A stretch of 64,000 bases of DNA from Candidatus Omnitrophota bacterium (GCA_020632555.1 JACKFI010000001.1:133152-197151); one strand, 5' to 3'. Positions 10,463 to 20,777 are shown, numbered from the stretch's first letter. The notes: a model not told the origin generated them from the sequence alone. Program-made: numbers and translations.

Positions 10463-11134
10463 TCAACGAATATTTTTGTAAAATTTTGCTAATCGCTGTG
10501 TGGACACACCTAAAATAAAACCCCAACTGAGTAAAATATTCATTAAGGTTGTTTTAACAATGCCTCGCTTTTCCCAACGCCGCGGCAAAACAGTGGCTGA
10601 TGAATCGAGAACAATGGTTTTACCTAACTGACGCAACTGTCGAGAGAAAAGCACATCTTCAAACAAAGGCACATTATCAAACCCACCGATTTGCTCAAAA
10701 ATATCTCGGCGGACAAAGATGGCTTGATCTCCATAAAAGATCTTAAATAATTCCGCACGCAAATTCCCAGACGATTCTATCCAACGATAAATCCATTTTC
10801 CAGAGTCAATCTTATGGGTAAAGCAACCGCCAACATAATTTAATAAAACTTGTTTAGCGATAATTCTCAATCCCTCCGCAGCGATGACACAGTCGGCATG
10901 TAAAAAAAGCAAAACATCTCCCTTTGCTGCACAAGCTCCCGCGTTCATTTGCACAGCTCTGCCGCGCGGGGATGTGATAACCTTCACTGAATACTGACCA
11001 ACAATATCCCTAGTCCTATCATTGCTATGACCGTCGACAACAATAACCTCAAGATCCGAAGCATAAGGCAGAGCCTTTAATGTTCTTTCAATCGCGGCCT
11101 CTTCGTTATAAACCGGAATAATAATAGAAATCAC
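10463..11134 (-). CDS. Family-2 glycosyltransferase, rSAM/ArsS-associated type (TIGR04283-like)
   Basis: GT-A strings IIIPVYNEE, VVDGHSNDRT, LLFLHADC. I moved the start to GTG 11134, which overlaps the upstream TGA stop as GTGA. The track ORF start at 11209 would overlap the upstream gene by 79 nt. Confidence 0.7.
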   Translation of the reverse strand: MISIIIPVYNEEAAIERTLKALPYASDLEVIVVDGHSNDRTRDIVGQYSVKVITSPRGRAVQMNAGACAAKGDVLLFLHADCVIAAEGLRIIAKQVLLNYVGGCFTHKIDSGKWIYRWIESSGNLRAELFKIFYGDQAIFVRRDIFEQIGGFDNVPLFEDVLFSRQLRQLGKTIVLDSSATVLPRRWEKRGIVKTTLMNILLSWGFILGVSTQRLAKFYKNIR

Positions 11135-12087
11135 TGCAAAGTTCCCTGACAACTGGATCCTGTTCCCGCGGTGCAACCAAAACAATGATTGGCGGTCAAC
11201 ACCTGCCAACTCTCCAAATCTTTTTTGGTAACATCAAAAACAGTAAGCTCATGATCCTTGCGCATTCCCATACCCAACATTTGATTAAAATCACAATCAA
11301 ACAGTTTCCCGTCCCAACCAATACTTAAGGTATTGCGACACATCAGTCCGTCTAAAGTGCCGGGATTAAAACTATTAACCAATAATTCACAATAACTTTC
11401 CAACTGATTAAATGTTTTTAAGAATTTGGCATAACGCGTAATGGGCATATTGGTGATGGTGTAAAGTTTATTAAAAACAATCCCGAAATCATCAGAAAGC
11501 CGCTGCTTGTAATCCTGTTGCAATTTCTCTTGTGCCGGTGGCAAATGCGCTCCGACGGGATTATAAACCAAATTCAACACAAGCCCACTATTGCTCTGCC
11601 CATACCCCAAGCGATTCAACTCTTGCAAAGCTTCAATAGATTTACCAAACACTCCCCTGCCTCGCTGTTGATCAACATTGTCTTGGGTATAACACGGCAA
11701 AGACGCAATCACCTCAACCTGATGCTGTGCCAGAAAATCTCCCAAGTCCTGCATGCCTTGTTCAAAGAGAATCGTTAAATTGCAACGGTCAATAATATGT
11801 ATTGCGCGCTGATGGGCTTGGTGCACCAAATAACGAAAGTGAGGATTCATTTCCGGCGCTCCACCCGTCAAATCCAAAGTCTTAGGATGAAATTCATCCA
11901 TTAACCGGACAATAGCCTGTGCTGTTCTCAAATCCATATTTTCTTTGACTTTGCTCGGCCCAGCCTCGACGTGACAATGAGAACAGGTCAAATTGCACAA
12001 CTTGCCTACATTGACTTGCAAAATGTCAATGCCCGTCTTGCGCAAATCATATTGATGTTGTGTTAATTTTTCTTTAAAGGATTTCAT
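11131..12087 (-). CDS. arsS: Radical SAM / Cys-rich-domain protein, ArsS-like (arsenosugar-type 5'-deoxyadenosyl transferase family)
   Basis: CNLTCSHC (CX3CX2C) radical-SAM cluster near the N-terminus. C-terminal Cys-rich tail NHCFGCTAGTGSSCQG matches the rSAM/selenodomain family as I recall it. Start taken at MKSFKEKL (12087). Confidence 0.75.
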   Translation of the reverse strand: MKSFKEKLTQHQYDLRKTGIDILQVNVGKLCNLTCSHCHVEAGPSKVKENMDLRTAQAIVRLMDEFHPKTLDLTGGAPEMNPHFRYLVHQAHQRAIHIIDRCNLTILFEQGMQDLGDFLAQHQVEVIASLPCYTQDNVDQQRGRGVFGKSIEALQELNRLGYGQSNSGLVLNLVYNPVGAHLPPAQEKLQQDYKQRLSDDFGIVFNKLYTITNMPITRYAKFLKTFNQLESYCELLVNSFNPGTLDGLMCRNTLSIGWDGKLFDCDFNQMLGMGMRKDHELTVFDVTKKDLESWQVLTANHCFGCTAGTGSSCQGTLQ

Positions 12088-12685
12088 GCATACTACCTGA
12101 TTTAATCTCATCTAAATCTTCTAAAACAGACACTGATTGATATTTTAATTTTAATTTTGTAATTATGTGATATGTCTGAGCTAAAACGTCGCTGGTGCTC
12201 CAACTGATATTCACGAACACTTGCGGATGATTCGCCGATAAACCAATCAAATAATAGCCGCCATCTTTAGCCGGCCCGATCACCACATCAATTTCATTAA
12301 GCAAGGCAAAACCTTGTTGAGCTATTGCAGTGGTCAAATGCAAAGTATCGCTGCCATAAGCGGCTACCCTTTTATACCCCTGAGCAAACGCCCAAGCAAA
12401 AGCCGACGTTAAACGCTGCCCCAAATCATCACCCTGCTGCGGAAGATACTCATCCGCACTGGGCAGCCACTGTTGAATTTTGTCATGATCCTCTGGCGGA
12501 TCAAAGAAAACGATCAAGTCTGTCTGCCCACAGGCCCGCAGAATAGAATAATTCTGCCCAGCCAATTGCCGATAAACTCGCGCGGCCGCTTGATCACCCA
12601 ATGTTTTGGCTAAGCGAGTCTTGACGTGTCCGGCCGTCGGATATTTCACAAAAAACAAAATCGCCTGTTGATTACGGCACGTCAT
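12074..12685 (-). CDS. DUF2064 / TIGR04282-like glycosyltransferase-fold protein (rSAM-associated transferase 1)
   Basis: 203 aa. N-terminal AILFFVKYPTAGHVKTRLA, later GDDLGQRL and DGGYYLIG, typical of DUF2064. Its 3' end overlaps the arsS-like gene. Confidence 0.7.
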   Translation of the reverse strand: MTCRNQQAILFFVKYPTAGHVKTRLAKTLGDQAAARVYRQLAGQNYSILRACGQTDLIVFFDPPEDHDKIQQWLPSADEYLPQQGDDLGQRLTSAFAWAFAQGYKRVAAYGSDTLHLTTAIAQQGFALLNEIDVVIGPAKDGGYYLIGLSANHPQVFVNISWSTSDVLAQTYHIITKLKLKYQSVSVLEDLDEIKSGSMHEIL

Positions 12686-12887
12686 TTAGTCTCCAATTTT
12701 AGGTAACTAAAAAAGCTCCACCGTCGCAGCGCCTCGCCTCAACCCCAGAACCAAAGATAAAATCAAAAAGATTTAACGCAATAATAAGAAATCCAACAAT
12801 TCAAACGGGAGTTTTTTGAACATAATTCACAAGCATTTGAATTTTTTCCAATTTGATTGTTATATTTTCCACACAAGCTCAAACCGC

Positions 12888-13481
12888 CTACGCGACGGGG
12901 ACAGAATTCTTAACACTGGGGCGCTGAGAAATTTTCTGATACCACTCATTGAGTTTGGAATGTTTTTCTGCGCGATACAAATCCGGTAAACGAAATTGCA
13001 AATAACCCAACGCGCACACAACGGCCACTGATCCCAAATGCCAAGATTCAAGATCAGCAAGGTGGCTATCAAAATATTCCAACACCCGGTCAATGGAAAC
13101 AATGTTAAGATCAATAAACTTCGCATTATAATCCTGAGGATGACGCATTTTTTCCATAACGACGCCAACCGTGATATCCATCAAACCGTCAGCTATTGCG
13201 GCCATATTAAGAACCTTCCAACGCTCAATTGAATCTTGCGGAATAAAGCGCGGCGCCGGCGTCAAAGCGTCAAGATACTCACAAATCAATGGATTATCAC
13301 AAAGACTCATGGTTTCATCGATAACCAAAGCAGGAACCTTACCGACAGGATTGGCTTTTAATAAAACCGAAGATTTATTGGCCAAATCTTCCTCGAACAG
13401 CTCTAATTTGATATTTTTTTCTTCAGCAATAATACGGGCCTTGCGAGCATAAGGCGAACGCTGGGTGTAATAAAGTTTCAT
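12888..13481 (-). CDS. Glutathione S-transferase family protein
   Basis: 197 aa. Thioredoxin-like N-domain MKLYYTQRSPYARKARI ... GKVPALV followed by a helical C-domain. Confidence 0.8.
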   Translation of the reverse strand: MKLYYTQRSPYARKARIIAEEKNIKLELFEEDLANKSSVLLKANPVGKVPALVIDETMSLCDNPLICEYLDALTPAPRFIPQDSIERWKVLNMAAIADGLMDITVGVVMEKMRHPQDYNAKFIDLNIVSIDRVLEYFDSHLADLESWHLGSVAVVCALGYLQFRLPDLYRAEKHSKLNEWYQKISQRPSVKNSVPVA

Positions 13482-13560
13482 GTTGATCTCCTATTAATAA
13501 GTTATCTAAAAGTATAAAAACTTTAACTGGACATTAACAGAAGCGGTCCTTCTCTTCTAT

Positions 13561-14868
13561 TTACTTTTCGTTACGCCACACAGAACGCAAATACGTTACA
13601 ACTTTTCGCTCTTGCCGCATTAAAGAATCAGTCCCATCACCCAAAGACATAATACCCCACCATTCATCGTGGGCCGTATGATCAGGCGTATTCCAAGACT
13701 TTGTTCCCGAATTATGTTCGGCGGGCGAACCATCCATATACCACCGATCTGTCCAATCAAAAACAACACCGCCAATTGAATTCCCAGCATGCCCGTCCAA
13801 CGAATCACGATGCTTCAAAATATCCTGCCAAGCCCCACGAGTATAATGATCCTGCCAATCTTGATCTTCACCTTTGTTTTTATTATAAGCTTGCGTACCA
13901 AACTCTAGAATAAACATTGGCCGATCAAAGATTTTCTTTGTTTCTGCCCATAAATCCCCAAAACCATACTGCCCCCGATAAGAATTATAAGCCACAATAT
14001 CAATCTCCGGCGCCAACTCGCTGTACAATTCCAAAGTCACTTCATTAAAACCAGCATCACCCTCACTGATAGCAACAGGATGATTTGGATCAAGCTCCTT
14101 AACAATTCTCGCCAATTCACCAACCAGCGTCGCATATTCCCGCGGCTTAGTCTTAGCATTGCACCGAGAAAAATCCGCCATATTATTTTCATTGCCCAAT
14201 AACCACATCAAAACATATGGCTCATCTTTATTATCCAAAACCATGGCCCGTACAGATTTCTTAATATTCTCACGATGAATAGGGTTTGCATAATCTGTCC
14301 CGGCATCCCAGCTAGCACCTGAGCCGATGGTCCAAGACCCCAAGAAATTACCCATAATCACCCTAATCCCATAATCCGAATAAAGCTGACGCAACAAGTC
14401 TTTATTAACAGGATGCGCAAATTGCAAAGCAACGCCAGGATTATTCTTATAAATGTCCCCAACAATTTTATTATTCGAAGCCACGTGATAAAGACGAATC
14501 GTATTGACCCCTAAATCTTTCATCAAAGAAAAATCGCCAATCGCCTTTTCATCGACATCCTGAACATTATTGTGATTCTTATCTAGCCAAGATTGATAAG
14601 CAAAATCATTCTGGCCATCATGATCATCATCATAATCCATCCAATTTCGCATCGTCAGCTGCTTAGGGTCTTCCCCAATCTTAACCGGAGTATACGTCAT
14701 ACCTTTGATAAAATACGGCTGGTCATCAACCAATAATTGCCAATTTCCGCTTTTATCTTTAACAACTTTGACAAAACCTTCTGTAGGTTTTATAACATCC
14801 TGACTCGATGCGTAAAAAACCTGAAAAAAAATCATCACCACCACAGACATTAGAATTCGGATCTTCAT
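13561..14868 (-). CDS. Secreted clan GH-A (beta/alpha)8 glycoside hydrolase, family unresolved
   Basis: 435 aa with an N-terminal signal peptide. LGVNTIRLYHV, WLLGNENN (candidate acid/base Glu) and MFILEFGTQ (candidate nucleophile Glu) have the spacing expected for clan GH-A. Confidence 0.55.
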   Translation of the reverse strand: MKIRILMSVVVMIFFQVFYASSQDVIKPTEGFVKVVKDKSGNWQLLVDDQPYFIKGMTYTPVKIGEDPKQLTMRNWMDYDDDHDGQNDFAYQSWLDKNHNNVQDVDEKAIGDFSLMKDLGVNTIRLYHVASNNKIVGDIYKNNPGVALQFAHPVNKDLLRQLYSDYGIRVIMGNFLGSWTIGSGASWDAGTDYANPIHRENIKKSVRAMVLDNKDEPYVLMWLLGNENNMADFSRCNAKTKPREYATLVGELARIVKELDPNHPVAISEGDAGFNEVTLELYSELAPEIDIVAYNSYRGQYGFGDLWAETKKIFDRPMFILEFGTQAYNKNKGEDQDWQDHYTRGAWQDILKHRDSLDGHAGNSIGGVVFDWTDRWYMDGSPAEHNSGTKSWNTPDHTAHDEWWGIMSLGDGTDSLMRQERKVVTYLRSVWRNEK

Positions 14869-14929
14869 ACTATCTTACCTCCCACAACATCGACGAGAAT
14901 ATTACGGGTTGAAAATGTCTTATAAATTT

Positions 14930-16165
14930 CTAGAACTTAATCCCAACATCCAAGATGACTTTTTGCGTATCTGTCAAAAAATCATCAGCATTATAGTACG
15001 CATACTTGACGGAAGTTGTAACATACTGATTGATCGGCTTTTCCAAAAAGAGACCCCACTCTTGGCCATAATCCATTGGGCCATATTCCGCCGAGAAATA
15101 ATGATACTGTGCATTAACAAGCAACCCGTTGATCATTTTAAGATTTCCTGCCAAATCCTTCACTTTATAATTTAAATCAACATAAATATCTTCCAGCCCC
15201 GCAGCGGGTGTCGTTAAAAATTTATCCGCCCATCCATTAAATTTATGTCCTGTAGCCAAAGGCGTTCTAAACGCAAACTTGCCATGATCACTGCCCAAAA
15301 CTTCATAGCCTACTGTCGTGGTTAAACCTTGCCAAACAATAGCAGGAGCAATGTGAAAATAATTAGCTCCATAATTCGTTGGATTGTCGGCAAAATCCAA
15401 TTGATGCGCATATTCTCCATAATATTTGAATTTGATATCCTCACTTAAGTCAACATCTCCGGCGAGACTTGCGCCAAATGTTTGACTGGAATTCGCAGCT
15501 GAATCACTGCCAAAATCAAAAAGATAACCATAGGTCGTAAGTTTGCCGATTGACAAACTTGTATTTGAAATATTATAGAAATGACTTTTGGAGCCCCAAT
15601 CTCCAACTAAGGATTGTTCACCAAAAATACGATTAACATTATAAATGTAACCATATTTTATTTCGGTAGCGACGATGGACTTATTCGCAATGGTCGCTGC
15701 ATCAAAGACCTGATTATTTTGCCGCCATCCCACCGCGCCAATAAACCGCTGATTATCCACGACAATCACTTGCCGCCCGCCACGAAGAGTTGTATCTGGA
15801 ATCCCGGTATACTGACCATAAGCTTGATTGACCTGTATGTTTTCGGGATCGGCCACAACTGGATAATTTGTCCGTCCGTTGACGGTATCATTATAATTAT
15901 CCTTCCCTAAATAATTGACGGATTCTCCCTCAATCACAGCAGAGACGCCATAAAATTCCCCGGTCTTCAAACCCAAAAGAGTACGCAGTGTTGAAGAATT
16001 GGCTCGTTTGACTATTGCATCTTGGTCAACATACTCATAACGCATTCTCATTTGGGCATAAAACTGGCTCTCTTTAATCGCTTCTTTTACGGTGTCACCG
16101 GCATTAGCTGGGATTGCCATGAACAACACCGCCCCAACAACCAAACCTCGTAATAATAATCTCAT
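14930..16165 (-). CDS. Outer-membrane beta-barrel porin (alginate-export/AlgE-like)
   Basis: 411 aa. Signal peptide ending ANAG, alternating amphipathic beta-strand pattern rich in Y/G/N, C-terminal aromatic residue (..DVGIKF). Confidence 0.5.
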   Translation of the reverse strand: MRLLLRGLVVGAVLFMAIPANAGDTVKEAIKESQFYAQMRMRYEYVDQDAIVKRANSSTLRTLLGLKTGEFYGVSAVIEGESVNYLGKDNYNDTVNGRTNYPVVADPENIQVNQAYGQYTGIPDTTLRGGRQVIVVDNQRFIGAVGWRQNNQVFDAATIANKSIVATEIKYGYIYNVNRIFGEQSLVGDWGSKSHFYNISNTSLSIGKLTTYGYLFDFGSDSAANSSQTFGASLAGDVDLSEDIKFKYYGEYAHQLDFADNPTNYGANYFHIAPAIVWQGLTTTVGYEVLGSDHGKFAFRTPLATGHKFNGWADKFLTTPAAGLEDIYVDLNYKVKDLAGNLKMINGLLVNAQYHYFSAEYGPMDYGQEWGLFLEKPINQYVTTSVKYAYYNADDFLTDTQKVILDVGIKF

Positions 16166-16224
16166 AAACTCCTCCGTATTATTTCTATTTAAAAATTAAC
16201 TCTGCTCAAAAGTGGGAGCTGTCG

Positions 16225-17034
16225 CTACTTTTGAACGAAATATTTCATTGCTTGCGGCATCAACTCTTTAATATTATTAATGCGGGTTTGGTCTGAAGGA
16301 TGCGAGCTTAAGAATTCTAAGTTGAAATTCCCTTGCTTTAATTTGGCCATTCTTTCCCAAAAGGCAATGGCAGCATGCGGATCATAGCCAGCCATAGACA
16401 TAAAAATCAAACCCAAGTGGTCGGCTTCGCTCTCTTGCAGACGGCTATAAGGCAATTGCACTCCATATTGGGCACCCACATTAAAAGTGGTCATCCAAAG
16501 TTTTTTTGTCTCTTCTGGTTTGTCTTTCAAGGCGATAGACAGAGCTTGACCACCCAAACTCGAAAGCACTCCCTGACTCATCCGCTCATTTCCATGCTGA
16601 GCAATTGCGTGCGCAATCTCATGAGAGAGAACAACGGCTAATCCCTTGTCATCCTCAGCGACGGGTAAAATACCGGTATAAACAACAACCTTGCCTCCCG
16701 GCATACACCAGGCATTGATCTCTTGGCTCTCCACCACATTAAATTCCCACTGATAATTTTTCAACCGATCTGACATATTATTTTCAGCCATGTATTTCTC
16801 AACAGCCGTTTGGATCTGTCGTCCAACAGTCTTAACAGATTGAACTTTAGCTGCATCCTTACTGATTGTATTCGATTTAAGAAAATCGCCATATTGTTGA
16901 AAACTTATGGAAAGCATAACGTCCGCCGGAACAATATCAAGCTGTCTTCGTCCAGTCAACGGCACCGTCGCACAAGAGGAACACGCAACACACAAGATGA
17001 ATAAAACAATAATAAATCTAAATTCATTTTTCAT
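16225..17034 (-). CDS. M48 family zinc metallopeptidase, lipoprotein
   Basis: 269 aa. Lipobox ILCVACSSC, zinc motif LSHEIAHAIAQH, downstream SRLQESEAD. Confidence 0.85.
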   Translation of the reverse strand: MKNEFRFIIVLFILCVACSSCATVPLTGRRQLDIVPADVMLSISFQQYGDFLKSNTISKDAAKVQSVKTVGRQIQTAVEKYMAENNMSDRLKNYQWEFNVVESQEINAWCMPGGKVVVYTGILPVAEDDKGLAVVLSHEIAHAIAQHGNERMSQGVLSSLGGQALSIALKDKPEETKKLWMTTFNVGAQYGVQLPYSRLQESEADHLGLIFMSMAGYDPHAAIAFWERMAKLKQGNFNLEFLSSHPSDQTRINNIKELMPQAMKYFVQK

Positions 17035-17061
17035 ATAATCCTGACTGTTTTGAATTTTTTA

Positions 17062-17616
17062 TTAAACGGTTTCATCTTCCACCGAGGCCTCGATATCAAT
17101 CACCTCATCAGATCGATCATAATTTGGCGGCACTCTTTCTTGTAATTTTGCCGACATCTTTACCCCATAAAGACGCATGCCATAAGTAAATACTACGCCA
17201 ACACATAGCAAGAATGCTGATCCTATTTGCCCCTTAAGCAACAGCCCAATCATAGCTATGGGCGCAACCAAATGAAACATAAACATAAAAAATATCGCAA
17301 TCCATCCTAAATAATAGAATATTGTCAGAAATGAATACATAAAAACTGATGCCCCGACGATATAAGACAATATAAACGACAATCCCGCCAAACGTCCCCG
17401 CAGATTTTCAAACAAAGATAATGGCAAAATGATCAACAAAAACGCGACAATCGACGCACCCGCCAATACTGAGATAACCGGATAAAGAAATTCCGAAACT
17501 TTGAGAATTCCGAAAATCAAAATAAACGGAATCAGGAGAAACCCCAAAAACAATAAGAAACCCAAAACCCTCAAACCAAAACCTTGGGCATTATTCATTA
17601 TATTTATTCTAATCAT
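17062..17616 (-). CDS. Hypothetical integral membrane protein
   Basis: 184 aa with 5-6 predicted TM helices and an acidic C-terminal tail. No recognisable family. Confidence 0.45.
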   Translation of the reverse strand: MIRINIMNNAQGFGLRVLGFLLFLGFLLIPFILIFGILKVSEFLYPVISVLAGASIVAFLLIILPLSLFENLRGRLAGLSFILSYIVGASVFMYSFLTIFYYLGWIAIFFMFMFHLVAPIAMIGLLLKGQIGSAFLLCVGVVFTYGMRLYGVKMSAKLQERVPPNYDRSDEVIDIEASVEDETV

Positions 17617-17860
17617 GAAACTTCCTTAAGTTAATTCTTAAACAGGCTGGAACACTATCGAATAATTTTAAACGGCATAATCTTTCTTTTACAATATCAA
17701 AAATCTTAACCTGGTCTTCTTAATTAATTTTGGAAACCCTTATGATATTTTTAATGGTCTCTAATTTTCCCTTACGAAAATACACACATCCTGAGGACAC
17801 TTCCGCCGCAACTTACGCAATATAAGAGGCCAATAAAAAACGGTTCAAGTTATGGCTGAT

Positions 17861-18370
17861 CTAGAACTTGCGGCTATCATAGGCCCAATGCAACAATGCC
17901 TGACGCTGTTTACGACGACATGCTAAATCTCGAGGTTTACAATTTCTCTTTATTTGGGTGACATGGCGTTGCATAGCCCGCCAACGCTTGATCTGACGAA
18001 CATCCTCATCTGGTATGCGCCGGCCCATATAATAGCGACAATACCACTGAAACCAACCTCTGGGATCAGCTGGATGAATCCACCCTTTCATGCGCCAGGT
18101 ATGTAACGATTGACTAGCCTTTACCCCAAAAAAATTCGACTTTGAATCGTGACGCAAAGGACATAATTTCGCCTTCTTAAACCAAGTCGATGGAAACTCC
18201 TTGACACAATCGGTCATATACTTTCCACCAAAAACACCCAAAGATAACATCTGTTGTGGACTCAATTCAGGTTTGAATGCTTGATCAAAGTTCTTTCCCA
18301 TCGGTTGGACGAGTTGATAGTGGTAATTCTTTTGCATATGATCGTTTACAATAACAATCCTATGTCTCAT
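17861..18370 (-). CDS. Conserved hypothetical protein (basic, Trp/Arg-rich)
   Basis: Long ORF with well-conserved-looking strings GVFGGKYMTDC and GWFQWYCRYYMGRR. The start is uncertain (M16 at 18370 or M27 at 18337). It overlaps the end of the Nudix gene. Confidence 0.45.
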   Translation of the reverse strand: MRHRIVIVNDHMQKNYHYQLVQPMGKNFDQAFKPELSPQQMLSLGVFGGKYMTDCVKEFPSTWFKKAKLCPLRHDSKSNFFGVKASQSLHTWRMKGWIHPADPRGWFQWYCRYYMGRRIPDEDVRQIKRWRAMQRHVTQIKRNCKPRDLACRRKQRQALLHWAYDSRKF

Positions 18371-18923
18371 CGCTAATCCATTGACTGACGACAAACACAT
18401 ACCAAAGATTGGCACTAATCACCACTGCTTGCTTTATGGAGTTTAATAAAAATTGTTTTATTTCATTGACCGGGATAATAATCACTTCGATATCTTCCAA
18501 TGCCCCCAAATGCTGTTTTGGATTTTGATTCACCTGAGCATTTTCATCAATATAAACAAACACAACCCGTCCAGAATCATTGATGATTCCTGCTTGTGAT
18601 TTGATTAAAGGCCCCTTGTGTTTTATAAATCCAGTATATCCCGTTTCTTCCTTAAGTTCTTTGATAATTTGGGAATCGGAATGATTGTCTATTCCGGCCG
18701 GAAATCCGAGAATATAACCATTTATCGCAGGTCGGAATTGTTTAATCAATACAAATCTCCGAGATGGAATTAATTTTGCAATTATGACCACGCTAGAAGT
18801 ATTATTTTTACGAGCAACACTTTCCCAGCGTACTAAATCACCGTTTTTATTTTCATAAACGGTCTCTTTCAGCGATAACCAGCGGCCAGAATACAAATTA
18901 TTCTCAGTTATTCTTCTCATCAT
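18360..18923 (-). CDS. NUDIX hydrolase (ADP-ribose pyrophosphatase-like)
   Basis: 187 aa. Nudix-box-like GFPAGIDNHSDSQIIKELKEETGY. Confidence 0.7.
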   Translation of the reverse strand: MMRRITENNLYSGRWLSLKETVYENKNGDLVRWESVARKNNTSSVVIIAKLIPSRRFVLIKQFRPAINGYILGFPAGIDNHSDSQIIKELKEETGYTGFIKHKGPLIKSQAGIINDSGRVVFVYIDENAQVNQNPKQHLGALEDIEVIIIPVNEIKQFLLNSIKQAVVISANLWYVFVVSQWISDET

Positions 18924-19470
18924 TAACCAGTTCCCCAGATTGTTTTTGCCAGAGTTGAGGAACTTTACGTACTTTGCTCATATCATAACCCTGGTCTTTT
19001 AACATACTGATCAGACGCTGATAATCAGCCTCAGGAATTTCGGGAGTGCGCGCCATGATCCAAAAATAATCACGTTTATTGCGGCCAATAATGGTTTGAC
19101 TATAATCCGCGTTTAAATAGGTAATCAGATACTCCGCTTTAAAAGGCCAAATAAACTGCATCGCCCAGGTTGAGTTGTTGACCTTATCGACAACAAAACC
19201 ACGCGGATTGTATCGTTTAGCCGGTCCATCAAAACCGCCTTGATTAAAAGTAAAAATCGTGTCAATCGAACCATCGTCCAGCAGCCGGTATTCTTCAATG
19301 CCGTTATAAGCTTTGGTTTCTATAAAGGTGGGAATCGCCGCCAAAACATACCAAGGCCCCATAAATCTTTTCAAATCAACTTTCTCGGCAGTCTTCAACC
19401 GAGGCAGCGAACTGGCACAGCCGGTCACAAAAAAGGTGCACATTAAAATCAATATCGCTTGTATTCTCAT
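18904..19470 (-). CDS. blc: Bacterial lipocalin (Blc-like) outer-membrane lipoprotein
   Basis: 188 aa. Lipobox FFVTGC. Lipocalin signature FMGPWYVLAAIPTFIE and later YLITYLNADYSQTIIG. Confidence 0.75.
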   Translation of the reverse strand: MRIQAILILMCTFFVTGCASSLPRLKTAEKVDLKRFMGPWYVLAAIPTFIETKAYNGIEEYRLLDDGSIDTIFTFNQGGFDGPAKRYNPRGFVVDKVNNSTWAMQFIWPFKAEYLITYLNADYSQTIIGRNKRDYFWIMARTPEIPEADYQRLISMLKDQGYDMSKVRKVPQLWQKQSGELVNDEKNN

Positions 19471-19525
19471 ATTTCTCCTTTTGGTTTTAAAATCATTCTT
19501 AATTTATTGATCGTTCTCTTTATCA

Positions 19526-20311
19526 TCATCGCCGCTTTGGCAAGGGGATAAAGAAACTTGTTGTCCGCATATATTCTTTAAAGGCCTCTCCTTTATTCTT
19601 CAAAGCTCGTGTTTCCATCAGCGGGATTCCTGTCACTTTCATTAAAAGAAAGAGCATCAATGCTGGTGCGATGAAACCCCACCATCCCTGAGGACTGCCT
19701 AAAGCGAAGATAAAATAGGCCACCCACATCAGCCATTCAAAAAAGAAATTAGGATGTCGTGAATAATTCCATAATCCTTGCTGACAAATCTTGCCTTTGT
19801 TGTTTGAATCCGCTTTAAATTTTCTTAATTGTTCATCCGCTACCGATTCGCCGATCAGACCAATCAACCATATCACCACCGCGATAAGTTCAATCACCTT
19901 AATGGTTGGATCAGTATTGAGAAACGCAATAAAAAACGGGACGGACAGCACAACATTAAAAATTGGCTGCAGTTGGAAGATCACAAAAAAATTCCGCCCA
20001 GCTTGGCGCCCCCAATCTTCTCTAAATTGAGCGTAACGACTGTCCTCGCGTCCATCATGAATGATTCGCCGCAGCAAATGCGAGGACAAACGCAAGGTCC
20101 AAATGAAAATAGGCAGCAAAATCAACCACTTCCTTAATAGAAACCCATCTAAGTTGATCGCATACCAACCAACTAAAACAGACATGCCAATACTCCAACC
20201 CACATCAGCTGTTGACGCATCTTTGGTGCGCATTTGTATGCCCCACAACACCGTCTGCATCAAGACAAGCATCAGGTACCCTTTAAAAATGATGTCAAAG
20301 TTTTCGCTCAT
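19526..20311 (-). CDS. DUF1295 / steroid-5-alpha-reductase-like membrane protein
   Basis: 261 aa, multi-TM. C-terminal GLWNYSRHPNFFFEWLMW motif of the DUF1295/ICMT-like superfamily. 4-nt overlap with the upstream gene. Confidence 0.7.
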   Translation of the reverse strand: MSENFDIIFKGYLMLVLMQTVLWGIQMRTKDASTADVGWSIGMSVLVGWYAINLDGFLLRKWLILLPIFIWTLRLSSHLLRRIIHDGREDSRYAQFREDWGRQAGRNFFVIFQLQPIFNVVLSVPFFIAFLNTDPTIKVIELIAVVIWLIGLIGESVADEQLRKFKADSNNKGKICQQGLWNYSRHPNFFFEWLMWVAYFIFALGSPQGWWGFIAPALMLFLLMKVTGIPLMETRALKNKGEAFKEYMRTTSFFIPLPKRR

Positions 20312-20754
20312 TGTGGTTTATGATGGTTCGCCATTTTGTTTTTAACAAAACGCACCATCCCTCCTAAAATTGGTATACCTTCGTAGACAAACTCACCCAG
20401 ATCAAAATAATCCCGGTGATAAATAGCTTTGCCTTCTTTTCCTCCGAATTTAATAACCGATACGCCATCAACGATAACCGGTTGACCTTTATTAAAGTTT
20501 TTGGCTATCAATGTCATCTTCCAGACCAAACTGCAACTGTTGCCATCTCTGATCTGATCAGGAATATCCCAATGGATTGATTGAACATTGTTATACATGT
20601 TCCGATAATAATCCTTCATTTGCTGGCGATTGTTGACGGCGACTAAAGGATCAAGAAATTTGATATTCTCGTCGTAAAATTGATCAACCAGATGCATGGT
20701 ATCCTTGTTGAGTGCTTCAAAAAATTCTTTGGGTGTTAAGATTTCAGCAGCCAT
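20308..20754 (-). CDS. SnoaL/NTF2-like fold protein
   Basis: 148 aa. Size and pattern (FYDENIKFLDPL ... SLVWKMTL ... GVSVIKF) fit the nuclear transport factor 2 / SnoaL-like family. Confidence 0.5.
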   Translation of the reverse strand: MAAEILTPKEFFEALNKDTMHLVDQFYDENIKFLDPLVAVNNRQQMKDYYRNMYNNVQSIHWDIPDQIRDGNSCSLVWKMTLIAKNFNKGQPVIVDGVSVIKFGGKEGKAIYHRDYFDLGEFVYEGIPILGGMVRFVKNKMANHHKPQ

Positions 20755-20777
20755 AGATAACTCTCCTTATCAGCTGA

